A DNA stretch of 63,420 bases, filler included, from Craspedostauros australis (GCA_030167865.1; 12 parts of 12 records of this genome joined end to end with filler, not necessarily neighbours in it), one strand, 5' to 3'; positions 11,161-24,900 are shown, counted from the first letter of the whole stretch. Notes: generated from the letters alone by a model not told the origin. Made by a program: numbers and translations.

Positions 11161-14100
11161 ATGAGCGAGGAAGAGGAATTGAGAGACATCCCTCTGTCCA
11201 ACCTGACTATCAAGCCAGAAGAAGGTGCGAGTGAGACTCCACCACGAGAAGAGAAGGAAGTAGCAGCGGCTACTGTCCTATCAGGCGAAGACGCAAGCGC
11301 GATCGACGAGACCGAAGAGGAACGGTCTGCAAGGCAACATCGCGAGAAGGAGAGGATCCTCAAGGCGATCAAGCAAGAGGAGACTGGTGTGACGNNNNNN
11401 NNNNNNNNNNNNNNNNNNNNNNNNNNNNNNNNNNNNNNNNNNNNNNNNNNNNNNNNNNNNNNNNNNNNNNNNNNNNNNNNNNNNNNNNNNNNNNNNNNNN
11501 NNNNNNNNNNNNNNNNNNNGGAAATCAAGGGCGCGAGCGCACCAACAACGAAACAACGAATCAACATGGCGACATCAGCCAACATGAACAAGCGACGTAT
11601 CAAGGCGCCGATGTTCAGTGGTGAACAGGAAGACTACAGCGCATGGGAGTCCCAAGCGAAAGCATACGCTCGTGCACAGAAGACGAGAGACGTGATGTTG
11701 GGCAAAACCAAAGTGCCAACAGTGAGCGAGATCGCGGCAGCCGCCAGTGAAGCCAAGGAAGCGATGGAGGAGATCTACGAGCTGGGATGCGACTGCTTCA
11801 GCGATCTGATCCTCATGATGGATGCAGAGAAAGGAAAGGGCAAGCAGGCCATCCAGTACATCAACCAATGCATCTCCGACGATTATCCCGAAGGAGATCC
11901 ACACGCAGCGTGGAACGTTCTCGCAGAGAAGTTTCGACCATCCGACGCTGCGACGAAAATCAAACTCAAGCGCCAATTCAACAACGAAAAGATGAAGAGA
12001 GACTCGGACCCCGACATCTACATCACGCGACTCGAGAGTCTACGATCGCGTCTCCACGATGTCAAGTACGAGATCACAGACGAAGAGATGATCATGCAAA
12101 TCCTCAGCACGGTGAGCAATGAATACAAAACTCACATCGTGAACTTCCAACACCAACTCACGTTCAATCCGGAACTGATTACCATCAACACGATCAGAGG
12201 AGTACTTCGCACTGCATACGCCACTCATCAAGGAGGCAAGGCGTACGTCGACGACTTCCAAGACAGTAACACGAAGAGCAACGACACTGGCTTCACGAGC
12301 ACCGGTAAATTCAAGGGTACTTGTCACAACTGTGGTGTGTATGGTCACAGATCCGCCGATTGCCCAGAACGCAAGAAATCGAACAACAAGAAAAACAACA
12401 ACAACAAGATGAACGGAAAGCGCAACAACTACCGCAACAAGGGAAGCGGCTTCAACGGCAAGTGCAACTATTGCGGCATCTTCGGACATCGCGAGGCAGA
12501 GTGCCGAAAGAAGAAGTTCAACGAAAAGAAGAAGGCCGACGAGCAGGTCAACGCAGCAACGGAAGGACACGACAAGAGCGGGCACGAGATGGTACTCTCG
12601 GCAAAGGACATGCCGCTCTGCATGTTGGTGTCCAACGACTACATCGAAGACTCCTTCTTCGATAACTTTGAGTGCGTCGGAAGTGACGACGAAGTGCAGG
12701 ACGATGAGATCGTCCCGGAGTGGCTCAGCGAGGAGCCAATCATCCACGAGGTGGATCCAAGACGCGAAGTGAGCTACGAATGCTGCTTCAACGCGCACGA
12801 CCTGATCGGTCCATACAGCGACGCAGCCGAGATGGACAGCGAGGCCAACGATAGCGACATCGAAGAGGCAATGAGCGAAGACAACGAAGACGCCGACGAG
12901 AACGGCTCAGACGAAGACGCCGACGAGGACGGNNNNNNNNNNNNNNNNNNNNNNNNNNNNNNNNNNNNNNNNNNNNNNNNNNCGAGGCGCCGCCTCCCGC
13001 AGCAATGCGAAACGAGAGAACGGGCATCTTCGATGAAGAGGACAGCGACGAAGCTGAGGACCGTCCAAGCGATGCATTCAATCCCTACGAAGCTGTCGTC
13101 TACCCAATTCGAATCCAATTCCCACTGGAGCCGAATCCCAGAAGAGTCGACGACATCTACCGACTCCAGACCTTCCCAGAACCAACGGTCACTGCAAAAC
13201 GAATGCAGAAGCAGCTCATCTACGACGCGGTCCTAACAGCTGCATTACCGATGTTCCCAGGGTTCGTGAACGAACCATTGCGATACATTTGGGTGAGCAT
13301 GGTAAGCACCATCTTATCCGATAACTTCAAATCGATTGAAGAGATCCTCGCAAACGCAGCCATCCTCAACCGACTACTGCAAGCAAACGAAGAGGAGGAA
13401 CTCTCCAAACTGGACTTGCACTACGTGCTCGGAGGGTGCATGCAGGTGCTCCTGCGCGAGCGACCACGCGTCACACCGTATGACACGGTCACCGGAGTTC
13501 ATTGAAACAGCACAGTACCAGCGCACTTCGCTGAACTACCAAGCGATGACGAAACGGATGAGAACCACAATCCATACAACAAAGATGGAGTGCATGAAGA
13601 TGAAGAGGCAGACAGCCTCATGGATGAGATGGCCACAGCAGCCGTGGAGCAGCTCCACAAGCTAAGCACTCGATACAAGGACAAGGTCAACAAGGACACC
13701 TGGCTCGCCGACAGCGGAGCTTCGTGTCACATCGTCAATTCGGACGCCGCTCTCTTCAACGTGCGGCACATCAAGTCATTCGTCCAAGTGGGAGACAGCA
13801 CAAAGCTGGACTCTCCCAAAATGGGATCCATTCGCTTGAAAGTCAAGCAACGAGACAACACTGGCCACATCATCCGGCTCAACGATGTGAAGTACACACC
13901 GAAAATGGTGGTGAACCTTTTCTCCACAAACAAGGCTCTGTACAACGGTTACCAGCTTGGTAACAACGGCATTCTAATGGACATCATCAACGGATCCAGA
14001 ACGAAGATCGTATTCGACCAAGTCTTCCCCACAGCCAACGGATTCATCACAGGAGTGCAGATGCATCCCATCATGCCAACGAACGACGACAAGGCTTGCA

Positions 14101-14405
14101 CAGCCATCATCAAGAATCCATCCAAGGAGATCAGCGCGGTGAACTTGCATCGAATGCTCGGCCACGCGCCACTCGAAACCATGAAGCGGACAGCCGCCCA
14201 ATACGGATGGAAGATTATCGGCGAGATGCCGGTATGTCGCGACTGCGTGATCGCAAATGCGAGAGTAAAGAACATTCCGAAGGCAACGATTCCAAGAGCA
14301 ACTCGCCGCGGCGAACGTCTGTTCATTGACATTAGTTACACTAAACACATAAGCTTCGGAGATAAACGCTACTGGACCCTGATCGTGGACGACTGCACGG
14401 ATCAC
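11161..14405 (+). mobile_element. Ty1/copia gag-pol fragment, family A (Gag, two CCHC knuckles, extra module, protease, integrase start)
   Basis: FSGEQEDYSAW; CHNCGVYGHRSADC and CNYCGIFGHREAEC; WLADSGASCH; HRMLGH...CRDC; RLFIDI...LIVDD. In-frame TGA at 13503 where sister copies have Arg. Confidence 0.95.
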
Positions 14406-14505
14406 NNNNNNNNNNNNNNNNNNNNNNNNNNNNNNNNNNNNNNNNNNNNTTAATTAATTAANNNNNNNNNNNNNNNNNNNNNNNNNNNNNNNNNNNNNNN
14501 NNNNN

Positions 14506-14675
14506 GCTGTGCGAAATGGGAATACCAGTGGACGGCCCAAGCTGGCTCTTTGGTGACAACCAGAGCGTAGTCACATCCTCCACCATCCCTACCAGTGTAC
14601 TATCCAAGAGACACAACGCACTGGCCTACCACCGAGTCCGATCGGCCATCGCCGCTGGGACGATGTACTTCATCA
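14506..14675 (+). mobile_element. Ty1/copia RNase H C-terminal fragment
   Basis: MGIPVDGPSWLFGDNQSVV...LSKRHNALAYHRVR. Confidence 0.9.
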
Positions 14676-15956
14676 ANNNNNNNNNNNNNNNNNNNNNNNN
14701 NNNNNNNNNNNNNNNNNNNNNNNNNNNNNNNNNNNNNNNNNNNNNNNNNNNNNNNNNNNNNNNNNNNNNNNNNNNNNNNNNNNNNNNNNNNNNNNNNNNN
14801 NNNNNNNNNNNNNNNNNNNNNNNNNNNNNNNNNNNNNNNNNNNNNNNNNNNNNNNNNNNNNNNNNNNNNNNNNNNNNNNNNGTGCTGAAACGATGCTTTA
14901 CTCCGACACATGATTTTCGGCATAAGAGGGACACACTAGAGAGAACATCAGAGATTCGGTCTGGCCATTGCCCGGCAAACATGTGATGTCCAATCCGACC
15001 TGATATGACCCACTTGAGTGAACGAAGGTGCAGTCGCGCCTAGTCGTGACTCAGATTTTCGTATAATTTAAAATGACATATAAAAACAAAATCTAGACCA
15101 CCGTGCGATCTTATCCATATAAAAATGGCCTTCATCCGACCTTTGCTTCAAAAGTTATACGCCCCTATCTACCACGCACAACGCCGTGTTATTTTTCCTC
15201 CTCAAATTTCGGAAATGGGTCTTGGTTGTTCGTGACTTANTATTTTCGATGGTGTCTTTTCGGTTAATTACGGTTATATTTTGGCGANATGCNCCTCGTC
15301 AGCNTTTCTTNCNATCGCAACGTCACTATCTTGATGTTTTCATGATGGGCATTTCATTGCGNTATTCTCTGGTTTCTGCGCTTGGTTGTCTTGATTCTCC
15401 TGCAGCTTCTTGTGCATGCGAATTGACTTGTTCGTCACATGCTACGTGGTCCTCGTCGTAATCCCGTTTGTCAACAACCCTCCATTGGTATCATCCATGC
15501 CATCGACAAAAAAATAATCAGGGCGATCTATCCAATTCAACTATCATCTGCGTTTTTCAACTTGTTCATGAAGATCTACATCAACCATTCCATTTTTGAC
15601 GACGGCTACCCCAGACTGCACACAAAGGTACTACTCCTATTTCATGACGGACATGGCATTATCCGCCATGCATTCGATGGCCACAATGATGCTGACAGCG
15701 ACGGTGGTGTTGATTGGGGCAGCATTGACATAGACAGCCATGATGATGCCCAGGATAGCATTGTCAGTGGCTATGGTCGCCGCCATGGCAACAAAGGTGG
15801 TGGTGCTACCCACAGCGATGCTGTTGTCAAGGACGATGCTGGTGATGGCAACAAAGATGAGGATGGGGAAGCAACCTGAATGATTCCGTCACAGAAGGCA
15901 ATGGTGATGGCAATGAAGGTGGTGTTGGCAAGAGAAGCAATGGTGATGATGGCAGG

Positions 15957-16118
15957 TGACAGCTTTCTCTGTACTTTTTACCTCTTTACAAATCATATGA
16001 GTCAAAATACTGGTCGGAGATTGTCCTCGAACAACTCACAATAAAAAAACAAGAGCTCCGACCAGGGCACGCAACAACGGGCCAATACGTCTCCAGGAGT
16101 TACTTGTGCACTTTGACA
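15957..16118 (+). repeat. 5' LTR (162 bp)
   Basis: Direct repeat of 21631-21793 with TG...CA ends. Confidence 0.95.
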
Positions 16119-16132
16119 GATTAAGAGTCATG
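16119..16132 (+). promoter_or_regulatory. Primer-binding site complementary to tRNA-Lys(CUU) anticodon arm
   Basis: GATTAAGAGTCATG directly abuts the LTR. Its reverse complement CATGA-CTCTTAA-TC is an anticodon arm with CTT. Confidence 0.8.
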
Positions 16133-19100
16133 GTTTACCAACAAGAATATCACCTTTGCAACATCAACCACCATGGCAAGACCAATCAACAACCAAGCTT
16201 TGACAGCCATAATCAAGGAACTTGCTGACCTCGATGACAAAGAAATGGAGTTCATCAACAAGCAACTCAGAAGGATCGAACGCGCCATCAAGAGTCCAGA
16301 CAAAAACACCATCCAAACGCTGGCTCTCTCACCAACACTCACCTCGATCAACATTGAGAACATCCTTCACATCTTCGCTTTTGTGAAAGAACGGCAAATC
16401 GACCAAGCAACCGATTGGGCGGCCATCAACAAGTTCACTACAACGACCGGGTATGAGGTACCAACCATCAAGACTCCTGTCGCCAGCAAGGCAACCCAAA
16501 TGCGATTGGAACTCGTGACGAAGGAAGCCGCCAATCGTGAACTCGCCAAGGCAACGAGCTGTGAGGTTGTGGTACACTCACCAAGGCGCCCATTGGAAGT
16601 ACACCGATCGCCATCAATGCCAACCAGATGGAAGTATGACAAGTCGCCCTGCTAGAGGCGGAGCCATTCAGCGGACTCAACATCGAATGGTACCAGTGGA
16701 AGACCAACTTCCACCGCCAGCTGGTCACAACCAGATACGCAGACTATATGCAAAAGACACGCCAGGCCCACTCCTGCAAGAACGTCGACACCCAGTTCTA
16801 CGCAGTGCTCAACTTGAAAACGTGCAAAGGACACACTAACTACATGGTCCTCTCGGAAAGAGACAGCGGTCACGCAGCCTTCCAGGCCCTCATCCGCACA
16901 TACGAATCCACTGAGAACAGGGCCGACATTGTGGCAACAGAGGAAGGCAAACTGTCCAAACTCGTCTACAATGGATCTGGACCGTTCAGCACGTTCGTCA
17001 ATGACTTCTCCATATCTGTTCAGCCAATAGAAGACAACAGAAAGGCAATGCGCGACAAGCAGAAGATTGCAAGAGTCTTCTGCAACATTCATGATGAGCG
17101 ATTCACCAGTACGGTCTCTCGCCTCCAAGAGACGGACGAGTCCTTCAATTGGGTCTGCAAAACTCTCATGAAGCACAACAAGGTCCTCTCCAACGCGGAG
17201 ATCGACAGATCTCCACGGCGCAATCAACGCGCGCACCAGAAGGACGGNNNNNNNNNNNNNNNNNNNNNNNNNNNNNNNNNNNNNNNNNNNNNNNNNNNNN
17301 NNNNNNNNNNNNNNNNNNNNNNNNNNNNNNNNNNNNNNNNNNNNNNNNNNNNNNNNNNNNNNNNNNNNNNNNNNNNNNNNNNNNNNNNNNNNNNNNNNNN
17401 NNNNNNNNNNNNNNNNNNNNNNNNNNNNNNNNNNNNNNNNNNNNNNNNNNNNNNNNNNNNNNNNNNNNNNNNNNNNNNNNNNNNNNNNNNNNNNNNNNNN
17501 GGCAACAAGACCGATCGAACCAAGAAGTACAGACCATGTGACAACAGCTCCTGAAAACCAACAACAGGCGCTTCGCGCCGGCAGTTGGAGGTCATCACAT
17601 GCATCAAGGACCAAGACAGTGTGGACTTGATGCACAAAGCCGCGGAGAGCGGGCCAGGGCATACAACCCCGGATACGCTACGAGAGTCGCGTCCAAGAAG
17701 CGCTGACTCGCATATAGAGCACACAATTCGACGGGCAAGAGTAACAAATAGTAGGCATGGCTATATCATTCTAGACTCAGGCACGGACGGTGACATTGTT
17801 CATGAGTCTGGATGGGTGGTAGCCCAAAATCACCAGCAGCAGTTCCACCCCGAGGGGCGACAGTGGACTTGCAGATCGAGATGTTTCCAATGGTTGACGT
17901 GGTGGCAGCGTACAAGCCGCCAGAAGGTGGAGTGATCTTCATCAAGGCACATTATGTGGCTCTCGACAAGCATCCATGGCAGATGGAGTCGCTGTTCAAT
18001 ACACACCACATGCGCACGTCCGACATCAGCGTCTGCGATTGGCTTCGACAACACGATGGGCAGCAACGGATAACGTCTGGCGACATCAGCATCCCGCTGG
18101 CCAATCACGACAGCAATACCCTGTGCATCCCAATTCGTAAACCGACAGCTTGCGAGCTAACTCAAACTGAGAATATTACTATATGCGACAGACACAGACG
18201 CCTTCGGAGATCCCACACCAGTGGTGACTTCAACGAGGTCTTCCGGCATCTCCCACAACAGGTGGTCGAGAAAACGAAAGCAGCATCGACCCAACTGGCC
18301 GATACTCCCATCGATGCGGAGTCAAGACTCATCCCAAGGCAGTACTGTGCGCAGCAAGCGGGCGCGCTACAGCCACACCAAATCAAGGGAAGAGTGGAAA
18401 CTGATCCATTCTTCTCCATGGTCCCATCGATTTGACACCACAAGTGCTTCCAGCTCTTTGCACACAGCGAATCTAAATTCATCTGGGCAAAGCCGCTCTG
18501 ACAAGAGGCGATGGCGCCAGGGGCGCTCACCGATTTCATTGTGCAGGTCAGGGCACCTGACCTACTCTTCTTGGACTACTCACAGGTCCAAGCCATCAAA
18601 GAATGGAAGGCTGTGACAATGTGGTACATGATCGAGCACTCCTTCACTGCTCCCATGAATCAGAATCAGAACCGAGCGGAGCGGCCGATCGGCGACATCA
18701 AGCGACATGCATACAAATTGCTTTGGGCGGAGTCCATGCCACTCACCTTCTGGTGCTACGCGGTACAACATGCCATCGATGTATGGAACTACATGGCAAA
18801 GGAGAGCATCCAACGGAAGAATTCCATCGAACTGCTCCACAGGAACACTCTGGACATCTTCATGTTCAGGTTCACGTTCTTTCAACAGGTCTGGTATTTC
18901 GAGCCAATGACAAAGTTTCCACATCACCCATTCAAACCAGGATACTTCTTGGGAATCGCATGGGACCATGGAGACCCTTTCACATACAACATATGGTTGC
19001 CACGGGGCGACGACGAAACCAATGGCACTGCCCTGGTACAGAACATTGTGGAACCACGAATCGTGGAAGACGCAAGCGCTCCGCAAATCACCGACGAGGA

Positions 19101-21630
19101 AGTTCAGCGCATCGCACGCCTCGATCTCATACACACTACTACCAGAGGCAACTTGGGGCAACGAGCACGCGCCAAGACGATGCCAGCACAGCTCGCCCGA
19201 CAGGTCCGTGAGGCCATCGACGCGATTCCCGTGCGGTCGGTGGCGGCTGCTCGCATTCCTGAGGAGGGACCACTGGAGGTCAGGGGCGTCGTGGTCAACG
19301 AAAATGCTATTCCGCATGACAACTGATGGTTCGGTCAGCAGAACGTCATCATTGATGACAACGACAACCACAACAGCAGGCCTACGAGCATGATATCCTA
19401 TGGCAAAGGGGAAGACAAGCTCTCAACTGCGGACATCTCGAGAGAATCTGATGACTATGAAGCAGTGAGGATTCCAGATCCTCCCCAGCAGCGGATTCAG
19501 GGGCGTATCGACACTCTGGCTGAGCGCGAGCATGATTAGATGTTCCAAAATCAGATCGCAAAAGACAATACGAGCGAACCAGAAATTACATCCATAGCAG
19601 GCCACTCATTCCGAGACTGACATCTCCATCTCAATGTGAAATGGGACAACAATGAAACTCAATAGTTCCGACACAATATCCTGAGGGCAGACCATCCCGA
19701 GCTCGTGGCGCGATACATCATCGCCAACGAGCCAAAACGGCACGACAGGCACAATCGACAGTCAACAACAATACTAAAACGGGCAAAGCACGCTGTTCGT
19801 GCGATACACAGACGCATGCGACGAATCGAGCGCACGCACATCTTCACAGTTGACAACAATGACAGCATTGCCATCCTGAGGCGCATACGACCAGGAAAGA
19901 AGAAGCCGAACAAGGACTTATTCGCTACAGTATTCCAATACAGTGTAGAAGTGCCATGCAACATGCGACACGCACTCCAACGTGACGAAGCCAATGGCAA
20001 CACATTGTGGAAGCATGCAGCAAAGAAAGAGATCGACGCTCTGATCGACCTCAATTGCTTTGAATTCCATCCATCCACTCACCGACCTTCATCGTACTAC
20101 CAGAGCACCAAGCTCTGGCTCATCTTCGCTGGGAAACAGGATCTGTGGCGCAAGGGGTGGCTGGTAGCCGGTGGTCACCTCATCGAACTCGCTGACAATA
20201 TCAGAGTATACTCATCCACGATCAATTCAACCAGTGCACGGATACTCAATGTCATCGCGGACGCAAACAAGCTGAAGCAACTCTGCGACAACATGGGGAA
20301 TGCAGTTGTCAATGCCTACACCAACGAGAAGATGTACGCGAGGGCAGGAAAAGAGTTCGATCACAGAGAGGGTCAGACAATCGTACTCAGGCAGGCGTTG
20401 TATGGACTCCGATCGAGCACGCAAAGATTCCATGCTCACTTCGCAAATACACTCTCATCCATGGGGTTCTCTCCATCACGGCATGACCAGGACGTGTGGA
20501 TCAAGTGGAGGGACAACACTGGGTATGACTATATATGCATGCATGTCGATGACTTCAAGATTGTGGCAAATGAACCGGACCAATACATGAAGGCCATCCA
20601 GCAAGTCTACACCATCAAAGACATAGGACCACCCAAATACTATCTGGGCAATGACGATTCCAGGAATGCGAAAGACAAATGGAGCGTTGGATGTGACAAA
20701 TACATCGCAAACGCGATGGATAAAGTCAAGAAGCAGCATGCAACACTCCATGACCAGCATGTGTCCATGTGGAACAAGGACCATCCGGAAACAGATGACT
20801 CCGAACTACTCACACCAAACGAACACCAACAGTTCCAGCAGCTCATCGGCATGCTGAACTGGGTCGTTCAACTTGGACGTTTCAATGTCGCCTTTGCAAC
20901 TTCTTCACTCTCTTAATTCACTGCATCATCTCGGAAAGGGCATCTAGCAAGAGCACTCAAGGTATGGGGCTATCTCAAGAGCAAGTCCACACTCAGAACG
21001 CAAATTGACTCCAGACCCATGATATTCGACAACTTCAACTCGACGCCGTCCAACCCAGAATTGGTGGTGCAAATGAAGGAAGAATACCCTGAGGCACAGG
21101 AGGACGTCGACGACCGGTCACCGAAGCCAATCTATCCAGAGCCGCCGATGTATGCATTCGTCGATGCTGACCATGCGCACGATCTTGTCACATGCCAATC
21201 AAACACCGGGATCCTCCTTTTCCTCGGCAGGACGCCTGTGTACTTCTCGAGCAAGCGGCAGACATCAGTCACAACGTCTACATACGGAGTAGAATTCAAC
21301 GCGATGCAATCAGTGACGGAAGAAATCATTGCACTCCGATATGCACTCCGATCACCGAGAGTCCGCGTCCAATCACCAACGGTCACATTCTGCGACAACG
21401 ATGTGGTGATCTTGAAAACGACGATCGCAGACAACCTATTGCAAAAGAAGCATGTGGCAATATCATTTCACCGAGTCCGTGAGGCTGTGGGAGCTGGGAC
21501 ACTGGTTCCAGTCCACGTCCCATCGGCTCAGAACTTCGCTGACATCCTCACCAAGGCATTGGTGAGGCCAACACTAACACTTCTTGCCACAACCCTGTTC
21601 TACGGGGGTCCACCTTGAGATCAAGGGGCG

Positions 21631-21793
21631 TGACAGCTTTCTCTGTACCTTTTACCTCTCTACGAATCATATTAGTCAAAATACTGGTTGGGGGATTGTC
21701 TTCGGACAACTCACAATAAAAGAACAAGAGCTCCAATCAGGGCACACAACAACGGGCAAATACGTCTTCAGTAGATACTTGTGCACTTTGACA
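21631..21793 (+). repeat. 3' LTR (163 bp)
   Basis: Direct repeat of the 5' LTR with about 16 substitutions and 1 indel by manual count. Confidence 0.95.
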
Positions 21794-21986
21794 GCAGGGA
21801 TCGCAATGGTGACAAGGCAACAGGTGATGGCGACGGCGATGGAAGGGATGGCGATCATCTTGAAAGCCCTGCGATTTGGAGACATCNNNNNNNNNNNNNN
21901 NNNNNNNNNNNNNNNNNNNNNNNNNNNNNNTTAATTAATTAANNNNNNNNNNNNNNNNNNNNNNNNNNNNNNNNNNNNNNNNNNNN

Positions 21987-24900
21987 TTGGACCAAGCCAC
22001 TCCGACGGGAGGCGATGGCGCCAGGGGCGCTGACCGACTTCATCCTCAACGTTGGAGCACCAGACCTACTTATTTCCGACAATTCACAAGTGCAATCGGG
22101 CAAGGCATGGAAGGCGGTAACATCCAAGCACATGATCAAGCATTCGTTCACAACGCCAATGAACCAGAATCAGAACCGAGCGGAACGCGCTATCGGAGAC
22201 ATCAAGCGGCATGCGTATCAACTCATTTGGGCGGCATCTGCGCCACTCGAATTCTGGTGCTACGCTGTTCAGCACGCTGTCGACGTTTGGAACTTCACGG
22301 CCAAGGCAAGCATCCAATGGAAGACGCCGATCGAACTTGCTCGGGGCAACACACCTGACATCTCTATGTTTCGTTTCACTTTCTTCCAGCCGGTGTGGTT
22401 CTTCGAACCGATGACGAAGTTCCCGGCTCATCCCTTCAAGCCAGGATATTTCCTGGGAATCGCATGGGATCATGGCGATCCATTTACATACCACATCTGG
22501 TCGCCGAAGGCCGACGACATCAAGAAAGGCACAGCACTCGTCCGGAATATCGTGAAACCGCGAATTTTGGAGAATGCAGAGGTGCCACGGATCACTGACG
22601 AGGAAATACAACGGATCGCTCGACTCGACCTCATACACTACAAGACCAGGGGCGCTTCGGGGGACAGGGCGCGCACCAAGACGATGCCAGCTGAGCTCGC
22701 TCGACAGGTCCGCGAGGCCATCGACGCGATTGCTGTGCGGTCAGGGGCGGCGGCTTGCATTCCGGAACCTGGACCCGAACGGGTCAGGGGCGTCGAGGTC
22801 GACGCAAATACTACTCCATCGGAGGATCAATGGTTTGGGCGGCCGAACATCGTACCAGACGACGATGGCATGCGCGGACAGAACGCCGCTGGCATGATAT
22901 CGGATGACGACGACGACGGCGACGACATTCCAGACGATGACATCTCAGTGGAGTCCGACGGCTCGGCGGCGGAACCTATGCCGGATCCACCGGAGCAGCG
23001 GGCTCAGGGGCGTCAAAGCTCTCTTGCAGAGCGCGAACACGATGAAATGTTCCAGAATCAGGTCGACAAGGTCGATCCAAATGAACCAGACATCACCAGC
23101 ATCATCGGACACAGCTTCCGAGACGGACATCTACACCTCCACGCGAGGTGGGCAAGCGATGACACACAATGGTTTCGATATGATATCCTACGGGCGGATC
23201 ATCCAGAGCTCGTGGCTCGCTACATTGTCGCGAACAAGCCTACTCGACACGGACGGCACAATCGTCAATCGCAAACGATGTTGAAATGGGCAACCCATGC
23301 ACTACGAGCGATCAGACGGCGCATCCAACGAATAGAGCGCACGCATCAATTCTCGATCGACGGCAACGACAACGTGACAATCATACGACGGGTCCGGCCA
23401 GGAAAGAAGAAGCAGAAGAAAGACTTCTTCGCAACTGTATTTCAATACGGAGTCGAGGTTCCACGCAACATGAAACACGCTTTGCAACTCGATCAGGCCA
23501 ACAACAACGACATGTGGAAGGCAGCAGCCAAGAAGGAGATCGATGCACTCATCGACCTCGACTGCTTCGAATTCCATCCGTCAACACATCGACCATCATC
23601 CGAATACCAGAGCACAAAGCTCAGACTCATCTTCGCAGTCAAGCAGGACCTGAGACGCAAGGCACGACTCGTGGCGGGAGGACACCTCATCGAGCTGGCA
23701 GATAACATNCGTGTCTACTCATCGACAGTCAAGTCGACCAGCGTGAGAATACTCGACGTCATNGCCGACGCGAACAAACTGGACCAGCTCTGCGGCGATG
23801 TCGGCAACGCATTCGTCAACGCATATACCAACGAGAAGATATACGCAACAGCAGGCAAGGAATTCGATCACCGGGAAGGCCAGACAATCGTGCTCAAGAA
23901 AGCATTGTACGGGCTCAGATCCAGCGCACAACGATTCCACGCACACTTTGCGAATACGCTATCCTCGATGGGATTCAAGCCATCACGACATGACCAGGAC
24001 GTCTGGATCAGACTTCGTGACGAGTCCGGATATGACTACATCTGCACACATGTGGACGACTTCAAGATCGTGGCAAAGGACCCACAGAAATATATGAAGT
24101 CCATNNNNNNNNNNNNNNNNNNNNNNNNNATCGGACCTCCCAAGTACTACCTTGGGAACGACTATTCCAGGAATGCCAAGGGCAAATGGAGCGTTGGATG
24201 TGACAAGTACATCGCCAACGCACTGGACAAAGTCGAGCGCCAGCACGGGCAGCTACACAACCAGCATGTTCCTATGCGGAACAAGGATCATCCCGAAACG
24301 GACGATACCGAACTACTAACACCTGACGAGCAACAGCAGTTCCAGCAGCTCATTGGCATGCTGAACTGGGTCGTTCAGCTCGGACGTTTCGACGTCGCAT
24401 TTGCAACTTCTTCACTTTCACGTTTCACTGCATCACCANNNNNNNNNNNNNNNNNNNNNNNNNNNNNNNNNNNNNNNNNNNNNNNNNNGGCAAGGAATTC
24501 GATCACCGGGAAGGCCAGACAATTGTGCTCAAGAAAGCATTGTACGGGCTCAGATCCAGTGCACAACGATTCCACGCACACTTTGCGAACACACTATCCT
24601 CGATGGGATTCAAGCCATCACGACATGACCAGGACGTCTGGATCAGACTTCGCGACGAGTCCGGATATGACTACATCTGCACACATGTGGACGACTTCAA
24701 GATCGTGGCAAAGGACCCACAGAAATATATGAAGTCCATNNNNNNNNNNNNNNNNNNNNNNNNNNNNNNNNNNNNNNNNNNNNNNNNNNNNNNNNNNNNN
24801 NNNNNNNNNNNNNNNNNNNNNNNNNNNNNNNNNNNNNNNNNNNNNNNNNNNNNNNNNCTGGACAAAGTCGAGCGCCAACACGGGCAGCTACACAACCAGC

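Larger units (their letters stand above)
15957..21793 (+). mobile_element. Full-length but decayed Ty1/copia LTR retrotransposon, family B
   Basis: LTRs TGACAG...TTTGACA at 15957-16118 and 21631-21793. 5-bp TSD GCAGG at 15952-15956 and 21794-21798. PPT-like AAGGGGCG before the 3' LTR. Domain order PR (ILDSGTD), INT (QNQNRAER), RT (HVDDF), RH (FVDADHA), with many stops and frameshifts. Confidence 0.96.

Noticed and set aside
13503..13505. TGA between Gag region and protease as programmed readthrough
   Set aside because: Sister copies have CGT/CGA (Arg) at this codon, so it is a point mutation.
14882..15956. TE-like non-coding and GATGGC-rich sequence hosting the family B insertion; similar TE-end-like DNA at 45860-46233
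   Set aside because: Ends are hidden by gaps and there is no TIR pair or protein motif. The ORF at 15439-15879 is low-complexity.
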